DNA from: the human T2T-CHM13v2.0 reference genome, Homo sapiens
Reading direction: 5' to 3' (one strand)
NCBI RefSeq assembly: GCF_009914755.1
Contig: NC_060929.1
DNA: 64,000 nt
In this document: positions 28,901 to 40,303 of the stretch, in pieces
How positions within the stretch are numbered: the stretch's first letter is position 1
Layout of the letters: each line of letters opens with the position of its first letter
Program-made: the position numbers and the translations under genes
The notes under the pieces: generated by a model
Seen by the model: only the letters and a program-made list of their open reading frames with translations
What the model was told of the DNA's origin: nothing
Databases searched by the model: none

Positions 28901-31059
28901 TCACTGTGGTGGTGTACACTTCCTGTGAAACGGGGTGTAATATCATCTTTCCTCCCCCCGGATATTAGGAATAATATAACAAGGGAAGTGTACACCCCAT
29001 ATGATATTGGGAGAAATATCATTTTCTTTCCCTCAAGATATTAGGAGCAATATCAAAGAGGGGGTGTACACTCCCCGATATATTGGGAATAATATCTTCT
29101 CTTCTTCGAGATATTAGGAACAATATCACAGGGGAGGTGTCTACCCAGTGCGATATTGGGAGTAATATCATCTTCTCTCAAACTGGATATTATGGACAAT
29201 ATTACAGAAGGGGTGTAAACCCCCGTGATATTTTGAGTGATATCATTTTCTCCCCATCTGGATATTAAAAACAATGTCACAGTGGTTGTACACCCTCTGC
29301 AATATTGAAAGTAATATCATCCTCTCAGCCCTGAATATTAGAAAAATAGCACAGAGGGGTGCACAACCCCTGCGGTTTTGGGAGTGATATCATCCTCTCC
29401 GCCTTTGAATATTAAGAAAAATATTACAGAAGTGTGTACACCTCTTGTGATGCTGGGAGTAATGTCACCCTCTTCCACACTGGAAATTAAGAACAATATC
29501 ATGGAAGGGGTGTACACAGCCTGAAATATTGAAAGTCATATTATCATCTCTCCTTCTAAATATTAAAACCATATTACAGGGGGATGTACACCCTCTGCGA
29601 TATTGGGAGTAATATCATCCTCTTTCTCCCTGGACATTAGGAACCATACCACAGGAGGGGTGTACATCCCCTGAGATATGGGGAGTAATATCATCCTCTC
29701 ATTCTGGAATATTAGGAATGATATCACATCGGGGGTGTACATTTCCTGTGATATTGGGAGTAATATCATCCTCTCCCTTCCTGGATATTAGAAACAATAT
29801 CACGGAGGGGGGTACACCCCCTGCAATATTGAGGGTAATATCATCCTCTTTCTCCCTGAATATTAGGCAACACATCACACAGGGGTGTGAACACCCCCTG
29901 CAATATTGGGAGTAATATCATCCTATTTCCCCCTAAATATTAGGATCAATATCACAGGGGTGGTGTACACCCCCTGCAATATTAAGAAATACATTAGCCT
30001 CTTCCCGTTTGGATATTAGGAAAAATATCACGGGGGGGGGGTGTAAGCTGTCTGCAATATTGGCTGTAATATCATCCTCGCCCCCCTGGATATTAGGAAC
30101 AATATCACGGGATTGGTGTACACCTTCTTTGATACTGGGAGTAATATCATCTTGACCCGTTTGGATTAGGAACAATATCACAGCGGGGTGTGCACCTCCT
30201 GCGATTTTGGAAATGTTATCATCCTGCCCCCCCCACCGGACATTAGAAACAATATCACAGAAAAGGTGTACAGCCCCTGCAATATTGGGAGTAATATCAT
30301 CCTCTCCCTCATGGATATTCGGAACAATATCACAGGAGGGGTGTACACCCCCTGGCACATTGGAAATAATATTCTCTCCCTTCCTGGATATTAGAAACAA
30401 TGTTACAGCTGGGTTGTACAGTCCCCGCGATATTGAGAGTAATTTCATCCTGTCTCCCCACTGGATATTAGGAACAATATCATGGGGGGGCTGTCCACTC
30501 CCTGCGATATTGGATGTAACAAAATCCTTTCCCCCTCTGCATATCAGGAACAATATCTCAGGGAGGTGTACACCCCCTATGATATTGGGAGTAATATCCT
30601 ATTCACCTCTGGATATTAAAAACAATATCACAGAAAAAGGTGTACACCCCGCATTATTGGGAGTAATATCATCCTCTTGCATTCTGGATATTAGGGACAA
30701 TATAGCAGAGGGTGTGTACATACTTAGCGATATTGGGAGTAACATCATCCTGTCCCTTTTTGGATATTAAAAAAAATTACAGGGGGATGTACACCTGCTG
30801 TGATATTGGAAGTAATATCATCCTTTGATTCCCTGGATATTAGGAACTATATTACTGGGAAGTGTACACACTCTGAGATATTGGGAGTAATACTATCCTC
30901 TCCCCCTTGGATATTAGGAATAATATCACAGCGGGGGTGTACAGCCCCTGCAATATTGAGAGTAATATCACCCTCCCCTCTCCTGGACATTAGGAACAAT
31001 ATCACGTGGGGGGAGGGTGTACGCCTCAGTGACATATTGGATGTAATATCCTCTTCCCC

Positions 31060-34000
31060 CGTGGATGTTAGGAAACACATCACAGAGTGGGTGTACACTT
31101 CATGTGATATTGGGAGTAATATTCTCTTCCCCCGTGGATATTAGAAACAATATCAAAAAGTGGGTGTATAACCACTGAGACATTGAAAGTAATGTCATCC
31201 TCTCCACTTCTGCTTATTAGGAACAATATCAAAGGGGGACTGTACAACCCCTGCGATATTTTGAGTAATATCATTTTCTCCTCCCATGGATATTAGGAAC
31301 AATATCACCGGAAGGTGTGAACCTTCTGTAATATTGGGAGTAATACCATCGTCTTCGCCTTGGATATTAGGAATAATATTACAGGGAGGGTGTACAGCAC
31401 CTGAGATATTGGGAGTAATATTATCCTCTCTTCCCATAGATATTAGAAACAATATCATGGGGGGATGTACACCGCCTGCAATATAGAATGTAATATCATC
31501 CTCTCCCCCAGTGGATATTAAGAACAATATCCCAGGGGAGGTGTAAAACCCCTGCAATATTGGGAGTAATATCATCCTCTGCCCCCCTGGATATTGGGAA
31601 CAATATCACAGAAAAGGTGTACATTCACTGCGATATTGGTAGTAATGTCATCCTCTCACCCCCTGGATATTAGGTACAGTATCACGGTGTGGGGGGAGGT
31701 TGTACACACCCTGCAATATTGGAAGTAATATCATTTTCTCTCCCCTCGGATATTAGAAACAATATCACATGGTGGTTGTACATACTGTGCGATTGTGGGA
31801 GTAATAATATCTTCTCCCCCTTTGGATACTAGAAAAAATATCACAGGTACTAGAAAAAATTCACTAGAAAAAATACACTCCTTGTGATCGAGGGAGTAAA
31901 GTAATCCTCTTCCCACTTTGATATTAGGAACAATATCACGGAGGGTGTACACCCTTTGGGATACTGAGATTAATGTCACCCTCTTTTCCTCTGGATACTG
32001 GAAAAAACATCACAAGGGGAATATTCACCCCCTGCAATATTGGGAGTAATATCATCCTCTTTCCCCCCGGATATTAGAAACCGTATCACGGAGGGGAGGT
32101 GTACACCCATTGCAATATTGGGAGTAATATAATTCCCTTTCCCCTTAAATATTAGGAACATTATCACAAGGGTGATGTACACACCCTGCGATATTGCGAG
32201 TAATATCATACTCTTCTTCTCTGGATATTTTGAAAAATATAGGGGAGTGTACACACTCTGTGATATAGAAAGTAATATCGTCCTCTCTCTCCCTGGATGT
32301 TAATAACAGTGTCAAAGGGGGGTGTACAACTCATCGGACACTGGGAGCAATACCATTCTCTCCCTCCCTGGATATTACAGAAAGAGTGTATACCCCTTGC
32401 ATTATTGGGATTAATATCATTTACTCACCCAATGGATATTAGGACAAATATCTCAGGGGGGGCATACACCCCCAGCGATATTGGATGTAATATTATCCCC
32501 ATCCCCCATGGATATTAGGAACCATGTCACAGAGTGAGTGTACACTTCATGTGATATTGAGAGTAATATCGTCTTCCCACATGGATATTAGAAACAATAT
32601 CAAAGGGCGGGTGTACGACACCAGCGATATTGCAGTAATATCATCCTCTCCACTTCTGCTTATTAGGAACTATATCAAAGGGGAGTTGTATAACCCCTGC
32701 GGTATTTTGAGTAATATCATTTTCTTCCCCCGTGAATATTAGGAACAATATCACAGCAAAGTGTACACCTTTTGGCATATTGGGAGTAATATCATAATCT
32801 CCCCCATTGGATATTAGCAAAAATATCACAGGCAGGGTGTACAGCCCCTGTGATATTGGAGTAACATCATCCTCTCTTCCCATAGATATTAGGAACAATA
32901 TCACGAGGCAAGGAGGTGTACACCGCCTGTGATGTTGAAAGTAATATCATCCTCTCCCCCAGTGGATATTAGGAACAATATCCCAGGGGAAGTGTAAAAC
33001 CCCTGCAGTATTGGGACTAATATCATCAGCTGCCCCGCTGGATATTAGGAACAGTATCACAGAAAAGGTGAACATTTGCTGCGATGTTGGGAGCAATGTC
33101 ATCCTCTCACCCTCTGGATATTAGGAACAGTATCACGGGGAGGGGGTGTACACACTTTGCGATATTGGAAGTAATATCATTTTCTCACCTGCAGATATTA
33201 GGAACAATATTACAGGGTGGTTGTGCACACCGTGCAATTGTGGGAGTAATATTATCTTCTCTCTCTTTGAATATTAGGAACAATGTCACAGGGTGGCTAT
33301 ATACTCCCCATGATCGAGGGAGTAATGTCATCCTCTCCCCACTTTGATATTAGGAATAATATCATGGAGGGTGTACACCCCTTGTGATATTTAGATTAAT
33401 GTCATTCTCTTTTCCTCTGAATATTAGAAAAAACATCAAAAGGGGTGTATACACCCCCTGCGATATATACATCCCTGGTGATATTGGGAGTAATATCATC
33501 CTCTTTCCCCCTGGATATTAGGAACAGTATCACGGGGGGTGTACACCCACTGCAATATTGGGAGTAACACTATTCTCTTCTCCCTAAATATTCAGAACAA
33601 TATCATGGGGGGGAGTGTACACACCCTGCGATATTGGGGGTAATATCATACTCTCCTTCCCTGGATATTTTAAAAAATATCATGGAGGGGCGGTGTGTGC
33701 ACACTCTGCGATATAGGAAGTAATATCATCCTCTCTCTCCCTGGATATTAGGAAAAACATCACAGTGGGGGCTGTACACCCCATGGAACATCAGGAGTAA
33801 TACCATCCTCTCCCTCCCTGGATATTAAAAACAATATCACAGGAAGCGTGTACACCCCCTGCGTTATTGGATTAATATCATTTTCTCCTTCAATGGATAT
33901 TAGGAACATTATCACGGGGGGGTGTACACCCCCGGCGATATTGGATGTAATATTATCCTCATCCCCCGTGGATATTAGGAACCACATCACAGAGTGGGTG

Positions 34001-34265
34001 TACACTTCATGCAATATTGGGAGTAATATTCTTTTCCCCGTGGATATTAGGAACAATATCAAAGGGCGGATGTACAACCCCTGCGACATTGGGAGTAATA
34101 CCATCCTCTCCACTTCCGCTTATTAGGAACAATATCAAAGGGGGGTTTGAATAATATCATTTCACATTATTTCATAATATATTTCATAATATTATTTTGA
34201 ATAATATCATTTCTCCCCCCCCATGGATATTAGGAACAATATCACCAGAAGGTGTGCACCTTCTG
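31060..34265 (+). repeat. Higher-order repeat of ~1.45 kb (~20 monomers), about 2.2 copies
   Basis: Marker CCACTTC(T/C)GCTTATTAGGAAC at 31204/32650/34110 (spacing 1446 and 1460). GTGTACACTTCATG and GATCGAGGGAGTAA also recur in register. Confidence 0.88.
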
Positions 34266-34816
34266 GTCACAGGGAGTGTACACTCTGTGATATTATTCCT
34301 AGTATCCTAGAGAGATGTTACTCCTAATGTCACAGAGGGTGTGCACCCTGTGATATTATTCTTAATATTTTAGGGAGATGTTACTCCTAATGTCAGAGGG
34401 GGTGCACACACTGTGATATTCTTTGTGATATCCTAGGGGGATGTTACTCCTAACATTACAGGGGGAGTACAGCATGTATGTACACCTCCTGTGATATTAT
34501 TTGTATTATCCTAGTGGGATGTTACTTACAATGTCACAGGGATTGACACCATGTGTGTACACCTCCTATGATAATATTCATAGTATCCTAAGGGGGTGTT
34601 ACTCCTAATGTCACAGGGAGTGTACAGCATATGTGTACACACCCTGTAATATTATTCATAACATCCTAGGGATATGTTACTCCTAATGCAACTTAGGGTG
34701 TACACTATGTGTGTACACTCCGTGTTATATTATTCGTAAAAACCTCTGTGGATTTTACCTTTAATGTCATGCGGGTTGTATAACGTGTGTACAACCCCTG
34801 TGATATCATTAGTAAT

Positions 34817-35193
34817 TGTCAGGCCTCTGAGCCCAAACCTGCACCTATTCATCCAGATAGCCTGAAGTAACTGAAGAATCACAAAACAAGTGAAAATGGC
34901 CTGTTCCTGCCTTAACTGATGACATTACCTTGTGAAATTCCTTCTCCTGGCTCATTCTGGCTCAAAAGCTCCCTCACTGCGCACCTTGTGACCCCCACCC
35001 CTGCCAGTCAGAGAACAACCCCCTTTGACTGTAATTTTCCACTACCTACCCAAATCCTATAAAACGGCTCCACCCCTATCTCCCTTTGCTGATTCTATTT
35101 TCAGACTCAGCCCGCCTGCACCCAGGTGATTAAAAAGCTTTATTGATCACACAAAGCCTGTTTGGTGGTCTCTTCCCACAGACGTGAGTGAAA
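34817..35193 (+). mobile_element. Solo LTR7-family (HERV-H) long terminal repeat, 377 bp
   Basis: Starts TGTCAGGCCTCTGAGCCCAA, contains CCTGTTCCTGCCTTAACTGATGACATT and CACACAAAGCCTGTTTGGTGGTCTCTTC, and ends GTGAAA. It is flanked by a perfect 5 bp TSD GTAAT (34812-34816 and 35194-35198). Confidence 0.95.
35058..35064 (+). promoter_or_regulatory. LTR7 U3 TATA box (TATAAAA); LTR poly(A) signal ATTAAA at 35129-35134
   Basis: CCAAATCCTATAAAACGG lies at the canonical LTR7 position. Activity cannot be shown from sequence. Confidence 0.7.
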
Positions 35194-37582
35194 GTAATAT
35201 GCTAGGGGGATATTATCCCTAATATTTTGGTGGATGTTACTCCTATTAAACAGGGGTTGTAAACCATGTGTGTACACCACAGGGAATGATATCATTCCTT
35301 ATAACCTAGGAGAATGTTACTCCTAATGTCACATGGCTTGCATACTGTCTGTGTACAACCCCGGTGATATTATTTGTAATATCTTAGGGGGATGTTAATC
35401 TTATTATTAATCTTATTATGTTAATGATATTATTCCTAATATTTTAAAGGGATGTTACTCTTAATGTCACAGGGGTTGTATACCATGTGTGTACACGCCC
35501 TGCGATATTATTCGTAATATGCTAGGTAGATGTTTCTCCTAATGTCACAGGGGTTGTACACCATATGTGTACACCCCTGTGATATTATTTGTAGTATCTT
35601 ACGTGGACGTTACTTCTAATGTCACAGGGTGTGTACACCGTGTGTGTACACCACCTGTCATATTATTCATCATACGTTAGTGAGATTTTACTCCTAATAT
35701 CACAGGAGGTGTACACCGGGTGTGCACACGTCCTGTGTTATTATTTGTAATATTCTAGAGGGATGTTACTGCTAATATCTTAAGGGGTGTACACTATGTG
35801 TGTACACCTTCTGTGATATTCTTTGTAATATCTTGGGTGATGTTACTTCTAATGTCATAGGATGTGTACCCCATGTATGTAAACAGCCAGCGATATTATT
35901 CATAATGTTCTACGAGGATGTTACTCCTAACATCACAGGGGGTGTACACCCCCTGTCATATTATTTGTAACATCATAGGGGGATGTTATTCCTAATGTCA
36001 CTGGGGATGTCCACCATGTGTGCCCACCCCCTGTGATATTCTTCGTAATATCCTAAAGTGATGTTACTTCTAATGTCACAGGGGGGTTACCCCATGTGTG
36101 TAAACAACCAGTGATATTATTTGTAATATCCTAGGAAAACGTTACTGCTAATTTCCCAGTGGGTTATATGATGTGTGTACAAACTGTGATATTATTCGTA
36201 ATATTTTAGGGGGATGTTACACCTAATGTCACAGTGGGTGTACACCATGTGTGTACACCCTGTGATATTATTCGTAATATTCTAGAATGGTGTTACTCTC
36301 AACGTCACAGTGAGTGTACACCATGTGTGTACACCTTGTGATATTAATCATAATATTCTAGGGGGATGTTAGTCCTAATGTGACAGTGGGTGCACACTAC
36401 TTGTGGACACCTTATGATATTATTCGTATTATTATAGGGGGATGTTACTTCTAATCTCACAGTGGGTTTACACCCTGTGATATTATTTGTAATATCCTAG
36501 GGAGATATTACTTTCCTAATACCACAGTGGGTGTACAAAAATTGCGTACAACCTGGGATATTCGTAATGTCTTGCAAAGATGTTACTATCCTAATATCAC
36601 AGAGGGTGTACACAATTTATGTACACCCTCTGGGACATTATTTGTAATATTTTGAGGAGATATTACTCTCCTAATCTCACAGTGCGTTTACACCTTGTTT
36701 GCACATCCTGGGATATTATTCGTAATATCCTGGGGAGATTACTCTCCTAATATCATGGTAGGTGTTCACCATGTTTGTACAGCCTGGAATATTATTCGTA
36801 TTATCCTGGGGAGATATTACTCTCTTAATATCACAGTGGGTTTACACCATGTGTGTACACTCTGGGATATTATTCGTAATATTTCAGAAAGATATAATTC
36901 CTAATATCAATGTGGGTGTTCACCCAAATATATTATTTGTAATATACTGGGGAGATACTACTTTTAATACCACAGTGAGTGTACACCCTGGGATACCATT
37001 CATAATATCTTGGGGAGATATTACTCCTTATATCACAGTGGGTGTGTGCCATGTGGGTACATTCTGGGATATTATTTGTAATATGCTGGAGAGATACTAG
37101 TCTTCTAATATCACAGTAAGTGTACACTATGTGTGCACACCCTGGGATATCGTTTGTAATATCTGGGGGATTTATTATTCTCCTAATATTACATTGGGTG
37201 TACAACATGTGTGTACACCCTGGATATTATTTGTAATATCCTAGGGAGATATTAATTTCTTAATACCGCAGTGGGTGTACAAAATTTGTGTACAACCTGG
37301 GATATTATTCATAATATCCTCCAGAGATGTTACTCTCCTAATATCACAGGGGGTTACACACCATGTGTTTACACCCTCTTGGATATTATTCATAATACTT
37401 GGGGAGCTATTATTCTCCTAATGTCACAGTGCGTTTACGCCTTGTTTGTACATCCTGTGATATTATTTGTAATATCCTGGGGAGTTATAATCTCCTAATA
37501 TCCTAATATCAAAGTAGGTGTTCACCATATTTGTACACCATGGAATGTTATTCTTAATATCCTGGGGAGATATTACTCTTGT

Positions 37583-38090
37583 AATATCACAGAGTGGGTG
37601 TACACCTCCTGCGATATGGGGAGCAATATCATCTTCTGGATATTAGAAACAACATCACACGGGGGTGTACACTTTCTTTGATATTGGGAGTAATGGTATC
37701 CTCTCCTCCTTTGAATATTAAGAACAATATCACAGGGGGAATGTAGACCCCCTGCGATATTGGGAGTAATATCAGGCTCTCACCCACCCCCTGGATATTA
37801 GGAACAATATCCCAAGGTGGGTGTACACCTCCTGCTATATGGGAGTAATATCATCCTCTCTCTTCCTGGATATTACGAACCATATCACGGCAGGGAGGGG
37901 TGAACAGCCCCGCAGTATGGGGAGTAAAGTCACCCACTCCCCTCCCTGGGTTTTACAAACCATATCACGTGGGGGGTGGAGGGGTGAATAGTCCCCGCAG
38001 TACGGGGAATAATATCACCCTCTCCCCCACCTGGATATTACCAACAATATTGGGGGGTGAAAGCTCTCGCAATATGGGGAGTAATATCTT
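37583..38090 (+). repeat. Satellite block 4: short type A (SATR1-like) block in forward orientation
   Basis: About 7 monomers reading GATATTGGGAGTAATATC...CTGGATATTAGGAACAATATC. The first 293 bp are an inverted copy of 39357-39649. Confidence 0.88.
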
Positions 38091-40302
38091 TTAGAGTATG
38101 ACATTACTGCCTATATAATAGTTGGGTGTACATCCCCCCGGGGATATTGCTTCTAATATTCAGGGAAAGAAGAAAATGATATTACTCCCAATATCACAGG
38201 GAGTGTTCACGCCTTTTGTGAGATTGTTCCTAATTTCTGGAAGGGGAGAGGATGATATTACTTTCAATATTGCAGGCTATGTATATTCACCCTGTGAAAT
38301 TGTTCCTAATATCCAGGAAGGGAGAGGATGATATTACTCCCCATATAGCAGGAGGTGTTCACCCACGCTGAGATATTGTTCCTAATATCCAGGGGTGGCA
38401 GAGCCTGATATTACTCCCAATATCACAGGGGGTGTACATTTACCCTGTAATATTTCTCTTAATAATTAGAGGTGGAGAGGATGATATTACTCTCAATATC
38501 AAAGAAAGTGTACACTCCCGTGTGATATTGTTCCTAATATCCAGTAGGGGAGAAGATGATATTACTCCCCATATCACAGGAGGTGTACACTCACTCTGTT
38601 ATATTTTTCCGAATATGCAGTAGGGGAGAAGATAATATTCTCAATATCGCAGGGGTTGTACACCCCCTCTGTAATATTTTCCTTAATATTCAAGGGCGGG
38701 CAGGGTGATATTACTCCCAATATCACAAAAAGTGTACACTTTTATGTATTATGTTCTTAATATCCAGGGACAAAAGGATGATGTTACTTTTAATATTGCA
38801 GGGGGTGTACAGGCCCCCAATGATATGTCCCTAATTCCAACATGGGAGAGGATGATATTACTCCCAGTATTACAGGGAGTTTACACCCCACCTGTGATAT
38901 TATTCCTACTATCCAGAAGAGAGGATGATATTACTCCCAATAGTGCAGGGGGTGTAAACCCCCCTGTGATATTGTTCCTAATAGATAAAAGAAGAGAAGA
39001 TAATTCTACTCCTGACACTGCAAGGGGTGTACACTCACCTGTGATATTGTTCCTAACATCCAAAGAGGGAGAGCATGATACTGCTCCCAATATTACCATG
39101 GGTGTACACTCACCCTGTGATATTGCTCCTAATATCCAGGGGGTAGAGTACGACATTACTCCCAATATAACAGTGGGTGTACATCCATCCAGTGATATTG
39201 CTCCTAATATTCAGAGAAGAAGGAAATGATAATATCCCCAATATCGCAGGAAGTGTACACGTATTCTGTGAGATTGTTCCTAATATCAGGAGGTGGAGAG
39301 GATGAAATTACTCCCAATATCAAAAGCTCTGTACACCAACCCTGTGATATTGTTTCTAATATCCAGGAAGGGAGAGGATGATATTACTCCCATATAGCAG
39401 GAGGTGTACACCCACCTTGGGGTATTGTTCCTAATATCCAGGGGGTGGGTGAGAGCCTGATATTACTCCCAATATCGCAGGGGGTCTACATTCCCCCTGT
39501 GATATTGTTCTTAATATTCAAAGGAGGAGAGGATACCATTACTCCCAATATCAAAGAAAGTGTACACCCCCGTATGATGTTGTTTCTAATATCCAGAAGA
39601 TGATATTGCTCCCCATATCGCAGGAGGTGTACACCCACTCTGTGATATTTTTCCTAATATGCAGACGGGGAGAGTATAATATTATTGCCAATATCGCAGA
39701 GGGTGTGAACCCCTCCTGTGATATTGTCCATAATATTCAAAGGTGGGAGAATATTACTCCCAATATTGCAGAAAGTGTACACCCCCCCAGTGATATTGTT
39801 CCCATGATCCAGGAGAGAAGAGGATGATATTACTTTAAATATCACAGGAGGTGTACATGCCCCCAGTGATATAGTTCTTAATCTCAGTGTGGGAGAGGAT
39901 GATATTACACCCAATATCACAGGGGGTATAAACACTCCTGTGATATTATTCTTAATATCCAGTAGGAGAGAGGATGATATTACTCCCAATACTGCAGAGG
40001 ATGTACACCCATCTGTGATATAGTTTATAATTTCCAGAGGGGGAGATGATATTACTCACAATATGGTAAACAAGCTGTGTGTCCTCCATGGATCGTAATA
40101 TCCAGGGGGAGAGAGGGGGGTGATATTACTCTCCATATCATGGGGGGTGTCCATCCCCCTGTGATGTGGACCCTAATATCCAGGGGGGTGGACAGGGGGA
40201 TGATATTACTCCCCATACCGTGGGGGGTGTCCACCCCGCTGTGATGTGGATCATAAGATCTGGGGGAGGAGGGGGACAAGGGGGTGATATTATTCCCCAT
40301 AC
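38091..40302 (-). repeat. Satellite block 5: type A (SATR1-like) in inverted orientation, with a 1050 bp internal higher-order repeat; end of array
   Basis: Units read TGTGATATTGTTCCTAATATCCAGGGGGGAGAGGATGATATTACTCCCAATATC. TAATATCCAGGAAGGGAGAGG at 38307 and 39357, followed by GAGCCTGATATTAC and ATCAAAGAAAGTGTACAC in register. Confidence 0.9.
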
Positions 40303-40303
40303 C

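Larger units (their letters stand above)
1001..34265 (+). repeat. Satellite block 2: SATR1-like ~73-74 bp monomers (type A), about 450 copies
   Basis: Continuous tandem copies of GATATTGGGAGTAATATCATCCTCTCCCCCCTGGATATTAGGAACAATATCACAGGGGGTGTACACCCCCTGC with substitutions and indels. It switches abruptly from type B at ~1000 (GGATATTACG|ATACTGGGAG). Confidence 0.92.
34266..37582 (-). repeat. Satellite block 3: SATR2-like (type B) monomers in inverted orientation, interrupted by LTR7
   Basis: Units read TGTGATATTATTCGTAATATCCTAGGGGGATGTTACTCCTAATGTCACAGGGGTGTACACCATGTGTGTACACC, the reverse complement of the block 1 monomer. Confidence 0.88.

Noticed and set aside
1001-34265. CRISPR-like look: ~34-36 bp palindromic repeats separated by ~38 bp
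   Set aside because: The 'spacers' are themselves copies of one sequence, the repeats are degenerate, there are no cas genes, and the context is primate (Alu, L1, HERV-H).
34817-37582. Possible HERV-H provirus
   Set aside because: Only one LTR, closed by the TSD on both sides. No primer-binding site or gag/pol sequence follows.
1045-40300. Hundreds of overlapping ORFs encoding repeats such as PGYYEQYHRGVYTPCDIGSNIILS or LDIRNNITGGCTPPAILGVISS
   Set aside because: They occur on both strands and in all frames, and frameshift constantly with monomer indels. They are translations of the satellite with no sign of frame preservation.
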